DNA of 64,000 nt from Thermodesulfobacteriota bacterium (lineage in GTDB: Bacteria; Desulfobacterota_D; UBA1144; Nemesobacterales; UBA2774): positions 1,184,001 to 1,248,000 of the forward strand of contig OZ244991.1 in NCBI GenBank assembly GCA_965223335.1, given 5' to 3'. Made by a program: the position numbers and the translations under genes. Positions 19,550-30,195 of this stretch are shown in pieces. How positions within the stretch are numbered: position 1 is the stretch's first letter; every line of letters begins with the position of its first letter. The notes below the pieces were generated by a model. The model was not told the origin of the DNA. It saw nothing but the letters and a program-made list of their open reading frames with translations, and did no database searches.

Positions 19550-20791
19550 TTACAGTTGGGTAGTAGCTGTGTTAGCGTTATTTCCCTCAAGGCGGTCTAT
19601 TACTGCTGCACCCACCGAATCACCCCACACGTTCACGGTGGTACGACAGCGGTCCAGTAGCCAGTCTATGGCCAATATAAGTCCTACACCCTCAAGCGGC
19701 AATCCCACCGCCTGGAGTACAAGCACCATAGTCACAAGACCCGCTTCGGGGATACCCGCTGCTCCTATCGCAGCCAGTGTGGCTGTAAAAAACACCACTA
19801 ACAGCTCTCCCCCGGCCAGGTTTATCCCATAGCTCTGCGCTATAAAGATCACTGCTACTGCCTCGTAAAGCGCCGTCCCGTCCATGTTGATAGTAGCACC
19901 CAGGGGTAAAACAAACCTGCCCACCTTGGGCGTAACCTTGGCCTCCTCGATTACCCCCTCCATGGTAAGCGGGAGCGTTGCCGACGAGGACGCGGTTGAA
20001 AAAGCGGTAAGCAGCGCTTTACTCATATTCTTTACAAAACTTATAGGGTTTCTACGTGTAAAGAGTATAAGGATAAGCGGCAACACCACTACACCGTGTA
20101 TTAGAAGCCCTACCACCACGCTTAACACATACCTGCCCAGCACTGCAAGCAGGGTCAAAACCTCGCTCCCTCCCCCGGCCAGGCCTATCCTCTCGGCTAT
20201 CAAACTAAATATACCTATGGGAGTAAAGAGCATTATCCAGTGCACGATCTTCATTATGGCTTCATCCAGTATAGCGAATATATCCTCAATCGCTTTACTC
20301 TTTTTCCCAAGCGAAGCAAACGCCGCACCGAATATAATTGACGCCACTATAAGGGGGAGTATCTCGTATTCCTCTGCCGAGTTAAACAGGTTGGGCGAGA
20401 TGAATTTAAGCAGCAATATATCCACAAGGCTCATCGACTCCTTGCCTTTTACAATCTCGGGCATTGCCCCTGTTACTGCTGCTGTGCCCTCACCAGGATG
20501 AAGCACAGTCACGATCACAATACCTATAAAAACTGCGATCGCTGTAGTGACTAAGTAGTATAAGAGGGTTTTTAGACCCAGTGAGCCCAGGTTGCCCACT
20601 TTCATAATGCTAAGTGTGATTGATACTATGACAAGAGGGAGCACTATCATCTTTAGTGCGTTTAAAAACAGCGTTCCCAAAAAACCCAGTTTTACCCCTA
20701 CCTCTGGAAATAACGATCCTACCACCCCGCCTAATATTACTCCAAAAATTATTCCAACAATTAGATAATTATCCTTTAAAATAGAGTTCAT
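19550..20791 (-). CDS. Dicarboxylate/amino acid:cation symporter (DAACS)
   Basis: FSTASSSATLP, INMDGTALYE, DRCRTTVNVWGD. Confidence 0.95.
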   Translation of the reverse strand: MNSILKDNYLIVGIIFGVILGGVVGSLFPEVGVKLGFLGTLFLNALKMIVLPLVIVSITLSIMKVGNLGSLGLKTLLYYLVTTAIAVFIGIVIVTVLHPGEGTAAVTGAMPEIVKGKESMSLVDILLLKFISPNLFNSAEEYEILPLIVASIIFGAAFASLGKKSKAIEDIFAILDEAIMKIVHWIMLFTPIGIFSLIAERIGLAGGGSEVLTLLAVLGRYVLSVVVGLLIHGVVVLPLILILFTRRNPISFVKNMSKALLTAFSTASSSATLPLTMEGVIEEAKVTPKVGRFVLPLGATINMDGTALYEAVAVIFIAQSYGINLAGGELLVVFFTATLAAIGAAGIPEAGLVTMVLVLQAVGLPLEGVGLILAIDWLLDRCRTTVNVWGDSVGAAVIDRLEGNNANTATTQL

Positions 20792-20918
20792 ATAGTATAA
20801 ATTTCTCCATAGCTACCTAGACAACTGGCGGTGTTCTGGTTGACTTGGCACTTTTGTAAGTAAAATAATAGCAAGTACGTGAGAAAAAATAAAACTAAAG
20901 TGATGTAATCTTAATGAT

Positions 20919-21764
20919 ATGAGCCCACTATACTCTATACAATCTCGATCGGTTCTAAGCAGTATATTCGTATTCTGCTCAGTTGCTTTATTTCTTTTGA
21001 TGTTTGCAGGTGCCGAGCTCTCATATTCGGAGCAGCTCGATGTGCCTCCTCTCGAGCAGCGCGAAGAGGGCACAATAATGACCTACCACAAGTCCGGCGA
21101 GCTGAAATGGCAGGCAACCTGGAGTACTCAAAAAATTTCAAAAGAAGAGCAGAGCTACCTAAAACTCGTCCTAAACGGCAGCGGTGTTACTAGCCCGTTT
21201 ACTCAAGAGACCACATGGAGGGCCGAGTCACTTTGGAATTTAAACGGTGGGTTTTTCCCTGTCAGTGCCGACACTGTTATAAAGAATACGGCCGGCAAAA
21301 CAATAAGGATAGAAGAAAAGGTTTTCGACTACACCAAGGGGGTCTCTAAATTTAACAGACAGGATTTCCCCTCGGGCGATAAATTCTCTAAGGAATACAA
21401 TGTTCCCATGGGGACGTTAATAGTCGAGGGCATAGTGTTTGCTCTACGCTCGCTCCCATTCGAGACTGAGGGAACAGTACGTACCAGTCTGCTCAGCAAT
21501 GAACCCGAACTCTACAACATCGAGTTTGTACAGCGCGGCATCGAGAAAGTGATGACCAAGGAGGGAGAGGTCGAGTGCTACAAAGTAGAGCTTATCCCAA
21601 AGCTCGGCATTGTGGGTGTGCTCAGAGTGTTTTTTCCCAAGACCTACTTTTGGTTCACGGTTGAGAGCCCTCATCGTTGGGTCAGGTACGAGGGCTTGGA
21701 AAACGGGCTCGGCACCCCAGAGGTCTTTATGGAAGTAACCGATATTATAAATACTCAGAATTAA
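20919..21764 (+). CDS. Exported beta-rich hypothetical protein (DUF3108-like)
   Basis: Signal peptide; EKVMTKEGEVECYKV-type C-terminal motif. Confidence 0.55.
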   Translation: MSPLYSIQSRSVLSSIFVFCSVALFLLMFAGAELSYSEQLDVPPLEQREEGTIMTYHKSGELKWQATWSTQKISKEEQSYLKLVLNGSGVTSPFTQETTWRAESLWNLNGGFFPVSADTVIKNTAGKTIRIEEKVFDYTKGVSKFNRQDFPSGDKFSKEYNVPMGTLIVEGIVFALRSLPFETEGTVRTSLLSNEPELYNIEFVQRGIEKVMTKEGEVECYKVELIPKLGIVGVLRVFFPKTYFWFTVESPHRWVRYEGLENGLGTPEVFMEVTDIINTQN

Positions 21765-21937
21765 TTCCCTGGGATTAATAATTGTTCTTTACATTTTTAC
21801 TTTATGTTTGCAAGGGCTATAATCTGCGAATTGAAACATTTTCACTGTCACCGGGGTTAAATACCGGATATAATTTGTTTAGCGTTATGTACTAAAACTC
21901 GGGGCTGGTCGGAGGGAAAAACTCTTAGGAGGACGAT

Positions 21938-22336
21938 ATGAAGAACAACAAGCTGGCTATTGCTTTTATGATGCTCACACTGCCTCTATTTCTTACCGGA
22001 TGTATTGCTGCGGCAGTCGGGGGCGGAGTGGCTGCTGGTGCTGGTACCGTGGCGTATATTAAGGGTGAATTAAAAGCCACAGAAGAAGCCAATATAGACA
22101 GAGCCTGGCAGGCTACCGAACAAGCGATTGACCAATTAAGGTTCCTAGTGATCAACAAAGTTCACGATGCAGTCTCAGGCGAGATAGAGGCAAGGACTGC
22201 CGATAACGAAAAGATACACATAAGCTTAAAAAGAAAGACAGAAAATCTAACGGATATATCTATTAGGGTCGGGTTGTTCGGAGACGAAGCGTTATCGCGA
22301 CTCATACTGGATAAAATCCAGCAAAACCTCCGCTGA
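21938..22336 (+). CDS. DUF3568-like lipoprotein
   Basis: Lipobox LTGC, Gly/Ala-rich stretch, IRVGLFGDEALS; SD AGGAGG. Confidence 0.8.
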   Translation: MKNNKLAIAFMMLTLPLFLTGCIAAAVGGGVAAGAGTVAYIKGELKATEEANIDRAWQATEQAIDQLRFLVINKVHDAVSGEIEARTADNEKIHISLKRKTENLTDISIRVGLFGDEALSRLILDKIQQNLR

Positions 22337-22345
22337 CAAAATTTT

Positions 22346-23302
22346 TTAATCGGCTTGCTCGGCTATTAGTCGCTCAATCTCTATATCGAGCTCGGTGTGG
22401 ATACCGAGTTCGTGGAGTGCCGAGTTGGCTTCCTCAAGGCTTTTGGCATTAGCCACACTCCTTGCCATCTTAGATATCTTTTCATACATCACGGTTGGCG
22501 ACAGGTAGAATGTGACCGTGGACGATGCGCAAAGGGATACGGTTCTCCTCCCGCTACGTATAGTTGTGTCTTCGTACTCTCCCTTGGCATAGAGCACGGG
22601 TAGGCGGCTTGCCTCTGTGGGTACCGTTGCGATTGCCTTTTCTAAATCCACCATAGCACCCCTTGTGATACCCCAGCTTCCCAATAGCCCCCCCTCTCTG
22701 GCAACTAACTGTATTGACCGTTCCAGTTCTTTTTGTGTGAGTTCCCCGTCGCTGCCAAAGCCAAATAAACCCATGACCGTAGGGACTGTCTTATCGGTCT
22801 CTGCCAGAGCTGCGGTCATAATAGAGTCTGCTAGCGGACTCATGAGCCCGGGTTCATCTCCCAATGCTATTACGTCCCCTCCCACATCGATGCCAAAGAT
22901 TAAGTCTGCACCCAGCTTGGTGGCAGCGTCCAAAAGCCCTTCGGTGACTGCACCGGGCCCCCCGTTTATATCTATAAGGAGTGTCTCTTCACCAATAACC
23001 TCGGACATTCCGGACTCAGCATATTTCACCCCTGTGCTTGTAGCCGTGTCTTTATTTGCGTACCATACTACGTCGTTTAGCTTTCTGGCGTTTACGGTTT
23101 CTTCGTAGTTCCTTGGACCCGGCACCGGGTCAAACACCGACCTTTCCCACGACAACCCCCCATACACACACTCTATTCCAAACATTCCCAACAGGTGTGC
23201 CGTAGGTATGGTGCCTACAACATCTCCCCCTCCCCCTATACCTATCAATAATGCTTTGGTACCCTGCCTTATCAGACTCTCTAGCGATTTTTCGATTGCC
23301 AT
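22346..23302 (-). CDS. DUF1152-like protein
   Basis: GIGGGGD, DVGGD, SPLAD, GSDGEL. Confidence 0.75.
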   Translation of the reverse strand: MAIEKSLESLIRQGTKALLIGIGGGGDVVGTIPTAHLLGMFGIECVYGGLSWERSVFDPVPGPRNYEETVNARKLNDVVWYANKDTATSTGVKYAESGMSEVIGEETLLIDINGGPGAVTEGLLDAATKLGADLIFGIDVGGDVIALGDEPGLMSPLADSIMTAALAETDKTVPTVMGLFGFGSDGELTQKELERSIQLVAREGGLLGSWGITRGAMVDLEKAIATVPTEASRLPVLYAKGEYEDTTIRSGRRTVSLCASSTVTFYLSPTVMYEKISKMARSVANAKSLEEANSALHELGIHTELDIEIERLIAEQAD

Positions 23303-23412
23303 CCAGTGCCCTCTCATCCATCCAGTTAGTACAATTTTGGGTTAATTAGAGTGTAATAATCTACAGCATCACGAGCAACATACAATTGTAATTTTTTCGA
23401 ACGGGATAGGTT

Positions 23413-24831
23413 TTAGTTGTCGGGGAGTTCGAGCAAGATGAATAACACATTATCGCTAAATGCGGGATCTTTTGTTAAACCCAGATGGTCCGAGAATAAA
23501 AACATTACGTTTGACCACTTTATAGGTGATTTGAGTCCAGGCTCCCAGGGCTGGCCCGTGCGCTCGTCCATAAGAGCGCTTGTACGGATGACAGTGCCGT
23601 CCCCGGGGGTAAGTCGAGTCACCTCGTAAGAACCGTCTGTGGTATTTACGGTTACACCCGCACCTGTGGGGATAGCATCTCCTGCGATCAAGTAGAGCCT
23701 CAAACCCTCGGGCGGCTGGGCATCGGTATCTATTGCCAGGTGAAACTGTTTAGCACGCATAAGCGATTTCTCTAGGTGGTCGAGTGCAACCTCGCGTCTA
23801 CGTGTGGGGTTACCAATATCCGGCAGTAACCATGCCAGTGTGCTGTCAGTTTCCGGGTTGGCTAAACCCCAGTTCATGGCTGTCCATACCCCCGGATCGA
23901 GTATATCTATTTTGTTCCCTTCGCGGTCCACAATCGCACCGTGCCTTACCCTCGGCAGCAGTTGATAGAGTGACGGCATTGTGCCTATAACCGCGCTATT
24001 GTATTTTGGCAGGAACGGCCCAAAGTCGCGTCCCTCGATAAGTGTCTCGAATGAACCCACAGCGCCGGCGTTCGGTGTGCCGATGATTATTGCTTTGTCC
24101 ACATACTTTGCACCCTCCCATGTGGGTATGGGTATGGTGCCCTCGGGGGGCAGATCATTTGATCCATAGCGCAGGAAATACCTTGTTACAAGCCCGCCCA
24201 TCGAGTGCGCGACAATGTCGAATTTTACCTCGTCCTTTTGTATGCCCCTTTTTTTGTACTCGCTAAGCACATACTCACTTTTCTCTTTTATAAACTGTTC
24301 TAGACGTTTTGCATTCTCTACATTGTCTAGACGCCAGTCATAAGAGAACTGAAAGCATGTAAAGTGGTCGTCTCCGTACTGAATATTATTTTCATCATTG
24401 GTTGCAAGCGACTCGTCCAAGTACCCGCCCGCACCTAATGTGCTTAAGATGTTTATATAGGCGTTTAGCTCTATTGGCAGACCCAAAACGCTTACCTTGA
24501 CCTTGTCTAATGCACCGTCGGGGTACACACTGTCCGTAAGCTCTGCGAGCGGCACCCCTTTTTTCATTGGGAGGGCTACCAGCCTTGCCCCATCGGGTTT
24601 TTCAGGGTTAGCCGTGGTTTTTTCAAACGCACCCCATACCAACTGCCCCGTCTCCGGATCCCGTAACTTGGAGCCCAGAATTCCCGGGATCACTATCACA
24701 GGGTTGCCCTGTTCATGCGATCGCATAGCGGCCTCGTTGTATAGACCGCCCAGGTCCGGTGCCTTGTATTCCGCTCTGCCACACCCGTATATGGCAGTTA
24801 AGAGAGACGCTATAAGAATTAATCGTAAGAT
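23413..24831 (-). CDS. Lipase/LCAT-like alpha/beta hydrolase lipoprotein, start uncertain
   Basis: PGILGS, YDWR, AHSMGG, DGTV; in-frame lipoprotein signal upstream of the ATG at 24726. Confidence 0.8.
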   Translation of the reverse strand: MLRLILIASLLTAIYGCGRAEYKAPDLGGLYNEAAMRSHEQGNPVIVIPGILGSKLRDPETGQLVWGAFEKTTANPEKPDGARLVALPMKKGVPLAELTDSVYPDGALDKVKVSVLGLPIELNAYINILSTLGAGGYLDESLATNDENNIQYGDDHFTCFQFSYDWRLDNVENAKRLEQFIKEKSEYVLSEYKKRGIQKDEVKFDIVAHSMGGLVTRYFLRYGSNDLPPEGTIPIPTWEGAKYVDKAIIIGTPNAGAVGSFETLIEGRDFGPFLPKYNSAVIGTMPSLYQLLPRVRHGAIVDREGNKIDILDPGVWTAMNWGLANPETDSTLAWLLPDIGNPTRRREVALDHLEKSLMRAKQFHLAIDTDAQPPEGLRLYLIAGDAIPTGAGVTVNTTDGSYEVTRLTPGDGTVIRTSALMDERTGQPWEPGLKSPIKWSNVMFLFSDHLGLTKDPAFSDNVLFILLELPDN

Positions 24832-24959
24832 AAGGTTATTCCCCCTCCCCGGTATTTATGACCATCATATGATATCTTAAAGAACTCGCAAGTGAAATAG
24901 ATTCTCTAGTTATGTGAATAAGTTAAATATAGTTTTATAGTGGGTTGGTGATGAAAAAA

Positions 24960-25212
24960 ATTTGCCCAATGCTATTTCAGTTCTGCTTGCGGTGCTTGTG
25001 TTCAGCGGAGCTGCACTAGGGGGCACACTATTGTTCGGCATGGAGGGAGTGGGGCTCGAGATGATCCTTGCATTTGCCGTAGCTGCGTTTTTATACTGGT
25101 TACAGAGGAGTTGTTGGTAGAGGCTCACGAGGGCAGGGACACAGCGTTTTCTACAGGTATGTTTTTCGTCGGGTTTTTAATTGTATTGGTACTCGAAGTC
25201 GGGATTAAGTGA
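24960..25212 (+). pseudogene. 5'-truncated, frameshifted ZIP transporter remnant
   Basis: ...LAFAVAAFLY, frameshift near 25096, then LVTEELLVEAHE...GMFFVGFL...*. Confidence 0.75.
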
Positions 25213-25226
25213 TAGCTGGACAATAA

Positions 25227-25508
25227 CTACTCGGGCATCTGCGATTCCATCTTAGTGCAAGTGACTTGAGGCTGTATAGTGTTGTCACCTGTATCCGCAG
25301 CCCTTTGACACGAGTATGTCTCACCGCTGCATAGTGCCATCCATGTAGCACTACCGTCAGATAGATCTACCTTTCGTTCTATTATCTCTATTTTTTCCGC
25401 AGGACAGGGGATCTGTCCCACTGACTGCTCTTCCATAGTTGATACTTGCTTAGAGTTTGCACACGATAAGCAGATTAATATTGTTAGGGCTAAAAGGTAT
25501 GATTTCAT
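25227..25508 (-). CDS. Small Cys-containing lipoprotein
   Basis: Lipobox CLSC, SD GGAGG. Confidence 0.7.
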   Translation of the reverse strand: MKSYLLALTILICLSCANSKQVSTMEEQSVGQIPCPAEKIEIIERKVDLSDGSATWMALCSGETYSCQRAADTGDNTIQPQVTCTKMESQMPE

Positions 25509-25570
25509 AACTCCTCCAGTTTATATTTTATAGAGTTACTTAGCAAACAATCATGTCTTAAAATATGCTC

Positions 25571-26650
25571 TCACTTGGTGACTATGTAGTAGTAGTTTAT
25601 TGGGTCATGAGGTAGTTCCTTAATCTCGATCTCACTGAACCCGGCCTCGCGCAGCATCTCGGTTGCGAGCTCTTTACCCCACATTGCTCCTAGTCCTTTC
25701 CCGCCCTGTGCCAGTGAAACGGTCATGCAGTGCATACATGATATCGTATAGATCACCGTACCCAGAGGGTGGTCAAGGTTATTGTTTACATAACTAGAGC
25801 CGGCTATATCCTGCATAAAATAGACCCCGTCGTCTTTAAGCGCACTGTTTATGATGGAGAGTACTTTTTGCGGATCGGCTTGGTCGTGTATAGCATCGAA
25901 TGTGAAGATGAGGTCGTACTCCTTTTGGTCGTCGATTAATGCAGCGTCTTTTGCCTCAAAAGTGATGTTTGTAAGCCCTTTCTCCCGGGCCAAATCCCTT
26001 CCCGTTTCGACCGCTTCCTCTAGAAAGTCATAGCCCTTAAAAGTGCTGTTGGGGAACTCTTCTGCCAGCCTGACCATAGCAAGACCGCTGCCACACCCTA
26101 TATCCACAACCGAGATTCCTTCGTCTAATTTTTCCTTTATCCCCGGCACAAGCGGCAGCAGTTCGTCTACAAGCGGCACTACTACGGTCTGGTGGCTCTC
26201 GCTGGCCATCACTTCGTTAAAACGCTCGTAATGCTCGTAGTGCACCCCACCACCGTTATGAAAACAGTCTACTATTTTATCTTCGACAGTTCCCAAGAGG
26301 CCTATCCACTGTGTAGCGATGGCCAAATTATTAGGTGTGGATTTTCTCGTGAGCCACGCAGCGTGTTCGCGGGGCAGGTAGTATGTTCCGTTATCGTGAT
26401 TGTGCTCTACTATACTGCCGGTCACCATAGACCCGAGCCATTCACGTACATACCTTTCGTCCAGATTAGCCTTTGCTGCGATTTCGTGGCTAGTTGCGGG
26501 GTCCATCTCACACATAGCATCGAAAAGCCCCGTCCTATGCCCTATGGATATCATCAGGTTTAGCGCCCCGTGGTTAAGTACATCCAACATATTCTCCGCA
26601 AATCCTTCTGAACGCTTTTGGTCAAATTCCATCTGTTTTGCGTCTGCCAT
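25571..26650 (-). CDS. Class I SAM methyltransferase with N-terminal winged helix (Rv2258c-like)
   Basis: ERYVREWL, DIGCGSG, FDAIHD, SCMHCMTVSLA, LGAMWG. Confidence 0.88.
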   Translation of the reverse strand: MADAKQMEFDQKRSEGFAENMLDVLNHGALNLMISIGHRTGLFDAMCEMDPATSHEIAAKANLDERYVREWLGSMVTGSIVEHNHDNGTYYLPREHAAWLTRKSTPNNLAIATQWIGLLGTVEDKIVDCFHNGGGVHYEHYERFNEVMASESHQTVVVPLVDELLPLVPGIKEKLDEGISVVDIGCGSGLAMVRLAEEFPNSTFKGYDFLEEAVETGRDLAREKGLTNITFEAKDAALIDDQKEYDLIFTFDAIHDQADPQKVLSIINSALKDDGVYFMQDIAGSSYVNNNLDHPLGTVIYTISCMHCMTVSLAQGGKGLGAMWGKELATEMLREAGFSEIEIKELPHDPINYYYIVTK

Positions 26651-26931
26651 ATCTTACCTCTCCCCTAATCACCGTTACTAAACTATAAACTAACCCCACC
26701 CAACTAGTCCATAGTAGCTTGCAAATATGTCCATATATAAACATGCGAACAAAAAGTCAAATTATGCATAAATGGTTAGCAGGCTACGTGCTATAAAATT
26801 CAATGTACACAATTTTGATATTAGCTATGAATTGGTTGTTATATTCTATGCAACAAGTCTGCATAAGTGCGTTAACATTTTTGATTTGTTTTGGTTAACC
26901 TAATTGTAGTAGTTCAAATAGGAGGTCATTT

Positions 26932-27486
26932 ATGGCACTTACACCCTCAAACATGCTCCCACTCGGGACCGTAGCCCCCGACTTTACGCTCTGGTGTGCG
27001 GTAAACGATCGGGAATTCTCACTTGAGGAACTTAAATCCGACACCGCTACAGTGATTATGTTTATCTGTAATCACTGCCCCTATGTTAAACACGTGCAGC
27101 GGGGATTAGTCGAGCTTAGCAATCACTACACACCCAAAGGGGTTGCTTTTATTGCTATCAACTCCAACGACGTGGATAACTACCCCGACGATTCACCCGA
27201 GCACATGAAACGTGTGGCACTCGAGCTTGGCTACGAGTTCCCCTATCTATTCGACGAGACGCAAGATGTCGCAAGATCCTACGATGCCGCATGTACGCCC
27301 GATTTTTATATATTCGATGCCGATCTCAAGTGTGTGTACAGGGGGCAGATGGACGACTCTAGACCCGGCAACGGCAAACCCGTCACGGGCTCCCACATAC
27401 GCGAAGCCCTCGACACGTTGCTTGAAGGCAAAGAGGTCTCTGACGACCAGATCCCCAGCATCGGCTGCAATATAAAGTGGAGATAA
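26932..27486 (+). CDS. Thioredoxin-fold redoxin (AhpC/TSA-like)
   Basis: FICNHCPYV, ACTPDF, YRGQMDDSRP, SIGCNIKW. Confidence 0.9.
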   Translation: MALTPSNMLPLGTVAPDFTLWCAVNDREFSLEELKSDTATVIMFICNHCPYVKHVQRGLVELSNHYTPKGVAFIAINSNDVDNYPDDSPEHMKRVALELGYEFPYLFDETQDVARSYDAACTPDFYIFDADLKCVYRGQMDDSRPGNGKPVTGSHIREALDTLLEGKEVSDDQIPSIGCNIKWR

Positions 27487-27488
27487 AT

Positions 27489-27998
27489 ATGGATGTATTC
27501 GAATGTGTATCTACCCTTAGCTCTGTGAGGGGTTTCTTGTCGAAGGATATCCCGGACGAGACGGTGCGCTCAATACTAGAAGCCGGCCGACTCGCACCGA
27601 GCGCTCATAACGACCAGCCGTGGCAGTTCATAGCTATACGCGATAAGGGCATTTTGAGCGAGATGGAGAGCTACTGCATAAGCGGGAGGTTTATTTCTAA
27701 AGCCAGCTTTGCGGTAGTAGTGATCACAGACCCGTCTTCCAAATGGCACGAGATCGACAGCACCCGTGCCGTACAAAACATGGCACTTACCGCGTGGGGG
27801 TTTGGAATCGGCACCTGCTGGATAGGAGCCCTCGATAAAGAGGGGATCATGAACCTGCTCGGTATCCCCGATGGATATAATGTGCTTACGGTACTGCCCT
27901 TCGGCTATGTCAATCAGGATTCATATAGAGGCCCCAAATATAGAAAATCACCCAGCCAGGTATTTCATCTCGATCGGTATGGCGAGAAATTTGTTTGA
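27489..27998 (+). CDS. Nitroreductase family protein
   Basis: APSAHNDQPW, GIGTCWIG. Confidence 0.88.
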   Translation: MDVFECVSTLSSVRGFLSKDIPDETVRSILEAGRLAPSAHNDQPWQFIAIRDKGILSEMESYCISGRFISKASFAVVVITDPSSKWHEIDSTRAVQNMALTAWGFGIGTCWIGALDKEGIMNLLGIPDGYNVLTVLPFGYVNQDSYRGPKYRKSPSQVFHLDRYGEKFV

Positions 27999-28003
27999 GG
28001 TGG

Positions 28004-28387
28004 TTACTGTCTTGAAAACAGTGCTTCCCTGAGCGCCCAGTAGGTCCTGTCCTGACCCCGAATCCCAAATTTCACCTTGCCCTTGCTCTTGTCCTGCAGA
28101 AAGGCTTTCTCGTTGCCTTTTAGTATTATGCAGCGGTCCTCGTCATATATGATCTGCTCTGCCAGCTTGTTTTGACCGGCATCGAGAAATTCATAGTATT
28201 TATCCAGGTCTATTCGCTTGTAGCAGGCGGGGTACCCTTCCTTGGTAAAGCACTCCTTATGCTGAAAGTCGCACACACTCTCAGCTGCGATGGTGGTCTG
28301 GGTAGGCAGTAATACAACCCCTACTGCCAGTACTAGAACCAGACCTATTGTTATGCTAATTTTGTGATTTGCATATTCCAGATTCAT
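28004..28387 (-). CDS. Exported hypothetical protein
   Basis: Signal-like N-terminus, four Cys, SD GAGG. Confidence 0.6.
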   Translation of the reverse strand: MNLEYANHKISITIGLVLVLAVGVVLLPTQTTIAAESVCDFQHKECFTKEGYPACYKRIDLDKYYEFLDAGQNKLAEQIIYDEDRCIILKGNEKAFLQDKSKGKVKFGIRGQDRTYWALREALFSRQ

Positions 28388-28441
28388 TAGTGCTTTACCT
28401 CAAACTATTCGGGGTATGCCCAATATCGCGTCATACCTAAT

Positions 28442-29260
28442 TTATTGCTGCATCATTTGTTCGAGCTTATAATCAGCCGGGGGTTCGAATGAGGATGCGT
28501 CTACACTCTTTTTCTCAGACGATGTAAATCTGGATTCGCTATCCACTTTTCCACCGTCGTAATCTATTGTTTGTACCGGGAACCCGTTTAGTTTTCTAAG
28601 TTGGTTAAAGACGTTGCTTTCAAACTGAGCCTGCGCAGCTACAGCACCCGGCCCTTTAGACAAGCCTTTCATCATCTGTTCCATAAAATCCGCCATCCCC
28701 ATCATCACCGACCTCATCTCGTCGCCGCCCTTGATGTTGCCCCAGTCGGTAACGCAGTGCTGGCGAACCTTCTCTTCACCCTTGTAAACATCATATTTCG
28801 TACATGAGTATCCATTTACAGTATCGCTGCCAGTCTTTTTCATCACCGGTTCGGGCTGTGGCTCCCCACTCATTCCCGGCATCTTGTCCTTCATCATTTT
28901 TTCCATCATCTCGCGCTGCTCCGGACTCATCTCTTTCATCGCAGCCTCCATCTCGGCCATTGCCTTCTCTATCTCACTCGCAATCATCTGCATTGTGGCC
29001 TGGTCCACCACCATATATGTTTTTCTCTGGTGGTCTACTATTATCATTTCGTTTGAGTCCCCTTTATAGATCATCGAGCCCTCTTGCTGTTGGTCGTTTT
29101 TATAAAAATCCATCTTCAGGTTGTTACCTTTGATAGCACCTTTAGTAAGGTTTGTTTCCTCCGGGCTCATCTCCTTTTGATCCATCTGAAACTCAACGTC
29201 GGCGTACGAATTTATTGTAAATGCAATGGTCATTATAGGTATTAAGAGATATTTAAGCAT
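28442..29260 (-). CDS. DUF4412-like exported protein
   Basis: Signal peptide, KKTGSDTVNGYSCTKY, FEPPADYK; start follows GGAGG. Confidence 0.72.
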   Translation of the reverse strand: MLKYLLIPIMTIAFTINSYADVEFQMDQKEMSPEETNLTKGAIKGNNLKMDFYKNDQQQEGSMIYKGDSNEMIIVDHQRKTYMVVDQATMQMIASEIEKAMAEMEAAMKEMSPEQREMMEKMMKDKMPGMSGEPQPEPVMKKTGSDTVNGYSCTKYDVYKGEEKVRQHCVTDWGNIKGGDEMRSVMMGMADFMEQMMKGLSKGPGAVAAQAQFESNVFNQLRKLNGFPVQTIDYDGGKVDSESRFTSSEKKSVDASSFEPPADYKLEQMMQQ

Positions 29261-29380
29261 TTTGCTCCTCCAAATTTTAGTTGCTAACATATTAACATAA
29301 TTTCCTCTATGTTGAGAGATATATGTATATACCAATTAACATACTTGGAACCCATTTGCTAAGCTGCTACAAGTAAAATC

Positions 29381-30043
29381 CTACTTTTCTTTCTCTTCTT
29401 CCTTGGCCCTGTCGTAGATGATCTCCATCATTTTAAACTCGTTATTATCGGGGGTCACAACGTATAGTGTATAGGTATACTGATCGTCGTTAACAACTTT
29501 AGTAACTGCACGGAACTTCTTTTCTCCCTCAACCGGGTCTGTGAAGTTGCCGGTCTGTGTTAATTCCTTTGTTTCGGCATTATATGTGCCCTGCGATGTC
29601 ATGATCCCCGTACCCATATTGTCGAGCCACATAGAGTCATAGATTTTTTTGGCATTATCATAGCCCGTTACACCAAGGCCCTTAAATTCCTGTCCCATCC
29701 ACTCTCCTTTGGCCTTGTGTTTAAGGAACCTATTGCCCATTATCCACTTATTTTTGCTAGTGCCCGTGGTTTCCCTAGGCGGCTCATCAGGCGACATCCA
29801 CCATCTGACTGTATGGTCCCATTGGCCGACCAGTTGGTTTAGAACCTCGTGGTTCTCATTCGGGGTTGCATATTCCTTCCAAAGTTCCATTGCTTCCATC
29901 TGTTTTTGGTCCATCGACTGCTCTGGGGCTTTATCCGCTTTGTTTGAGTCTTCCTTTGCTGTTGAATGAGTTGCCACGAGACCCATTGAAAGCACGAGTA
30001 ACAAGAGAAATAAAAAATTTGCCTTTCTAATGGTTTGTATCAT
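29381..30043 (-). CDS. DUF1579-like exported protein
   Basis: ATPNENH...LVGQW, GYDNAKK..WLDNMGTG; start follows AGGAGG. Confidence 0.75.
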   Translation of the reverse strand: MIQTIRKANFLFLLLLVLSMGLVATHSTAKEDSNKADKAPEQSMDQKQMEAMELWKEYATPNENHEVLNQLVGQWDHTVRWWMSPDEPPRETTGTSKNKWIMGNRFLKHKAKGEWMGQEFKGLGVTGYDNAKKIYDSMWLDNMGTGIMTSQGTYNAETKELTQTGNFTDPVEGEKKFRAVTKVVNDDQYTYTLYVVTPDNNEFKMMEIIYDRAKEEEKEK

Positions 30044-30195
30044 CTTCTGAGTTCCTCCTGCATCTAAATTAGTTAATTTAAAGAGTAACCTAAGGCTATG
30101 TGTAATCAACTGTTTTTTGGATGCTGAATTAGATGTAGATTCTTTTGTGTTTGTGCCGTGTTATCATTATTAAGCAGTAATGTGAGTACTGCTCA

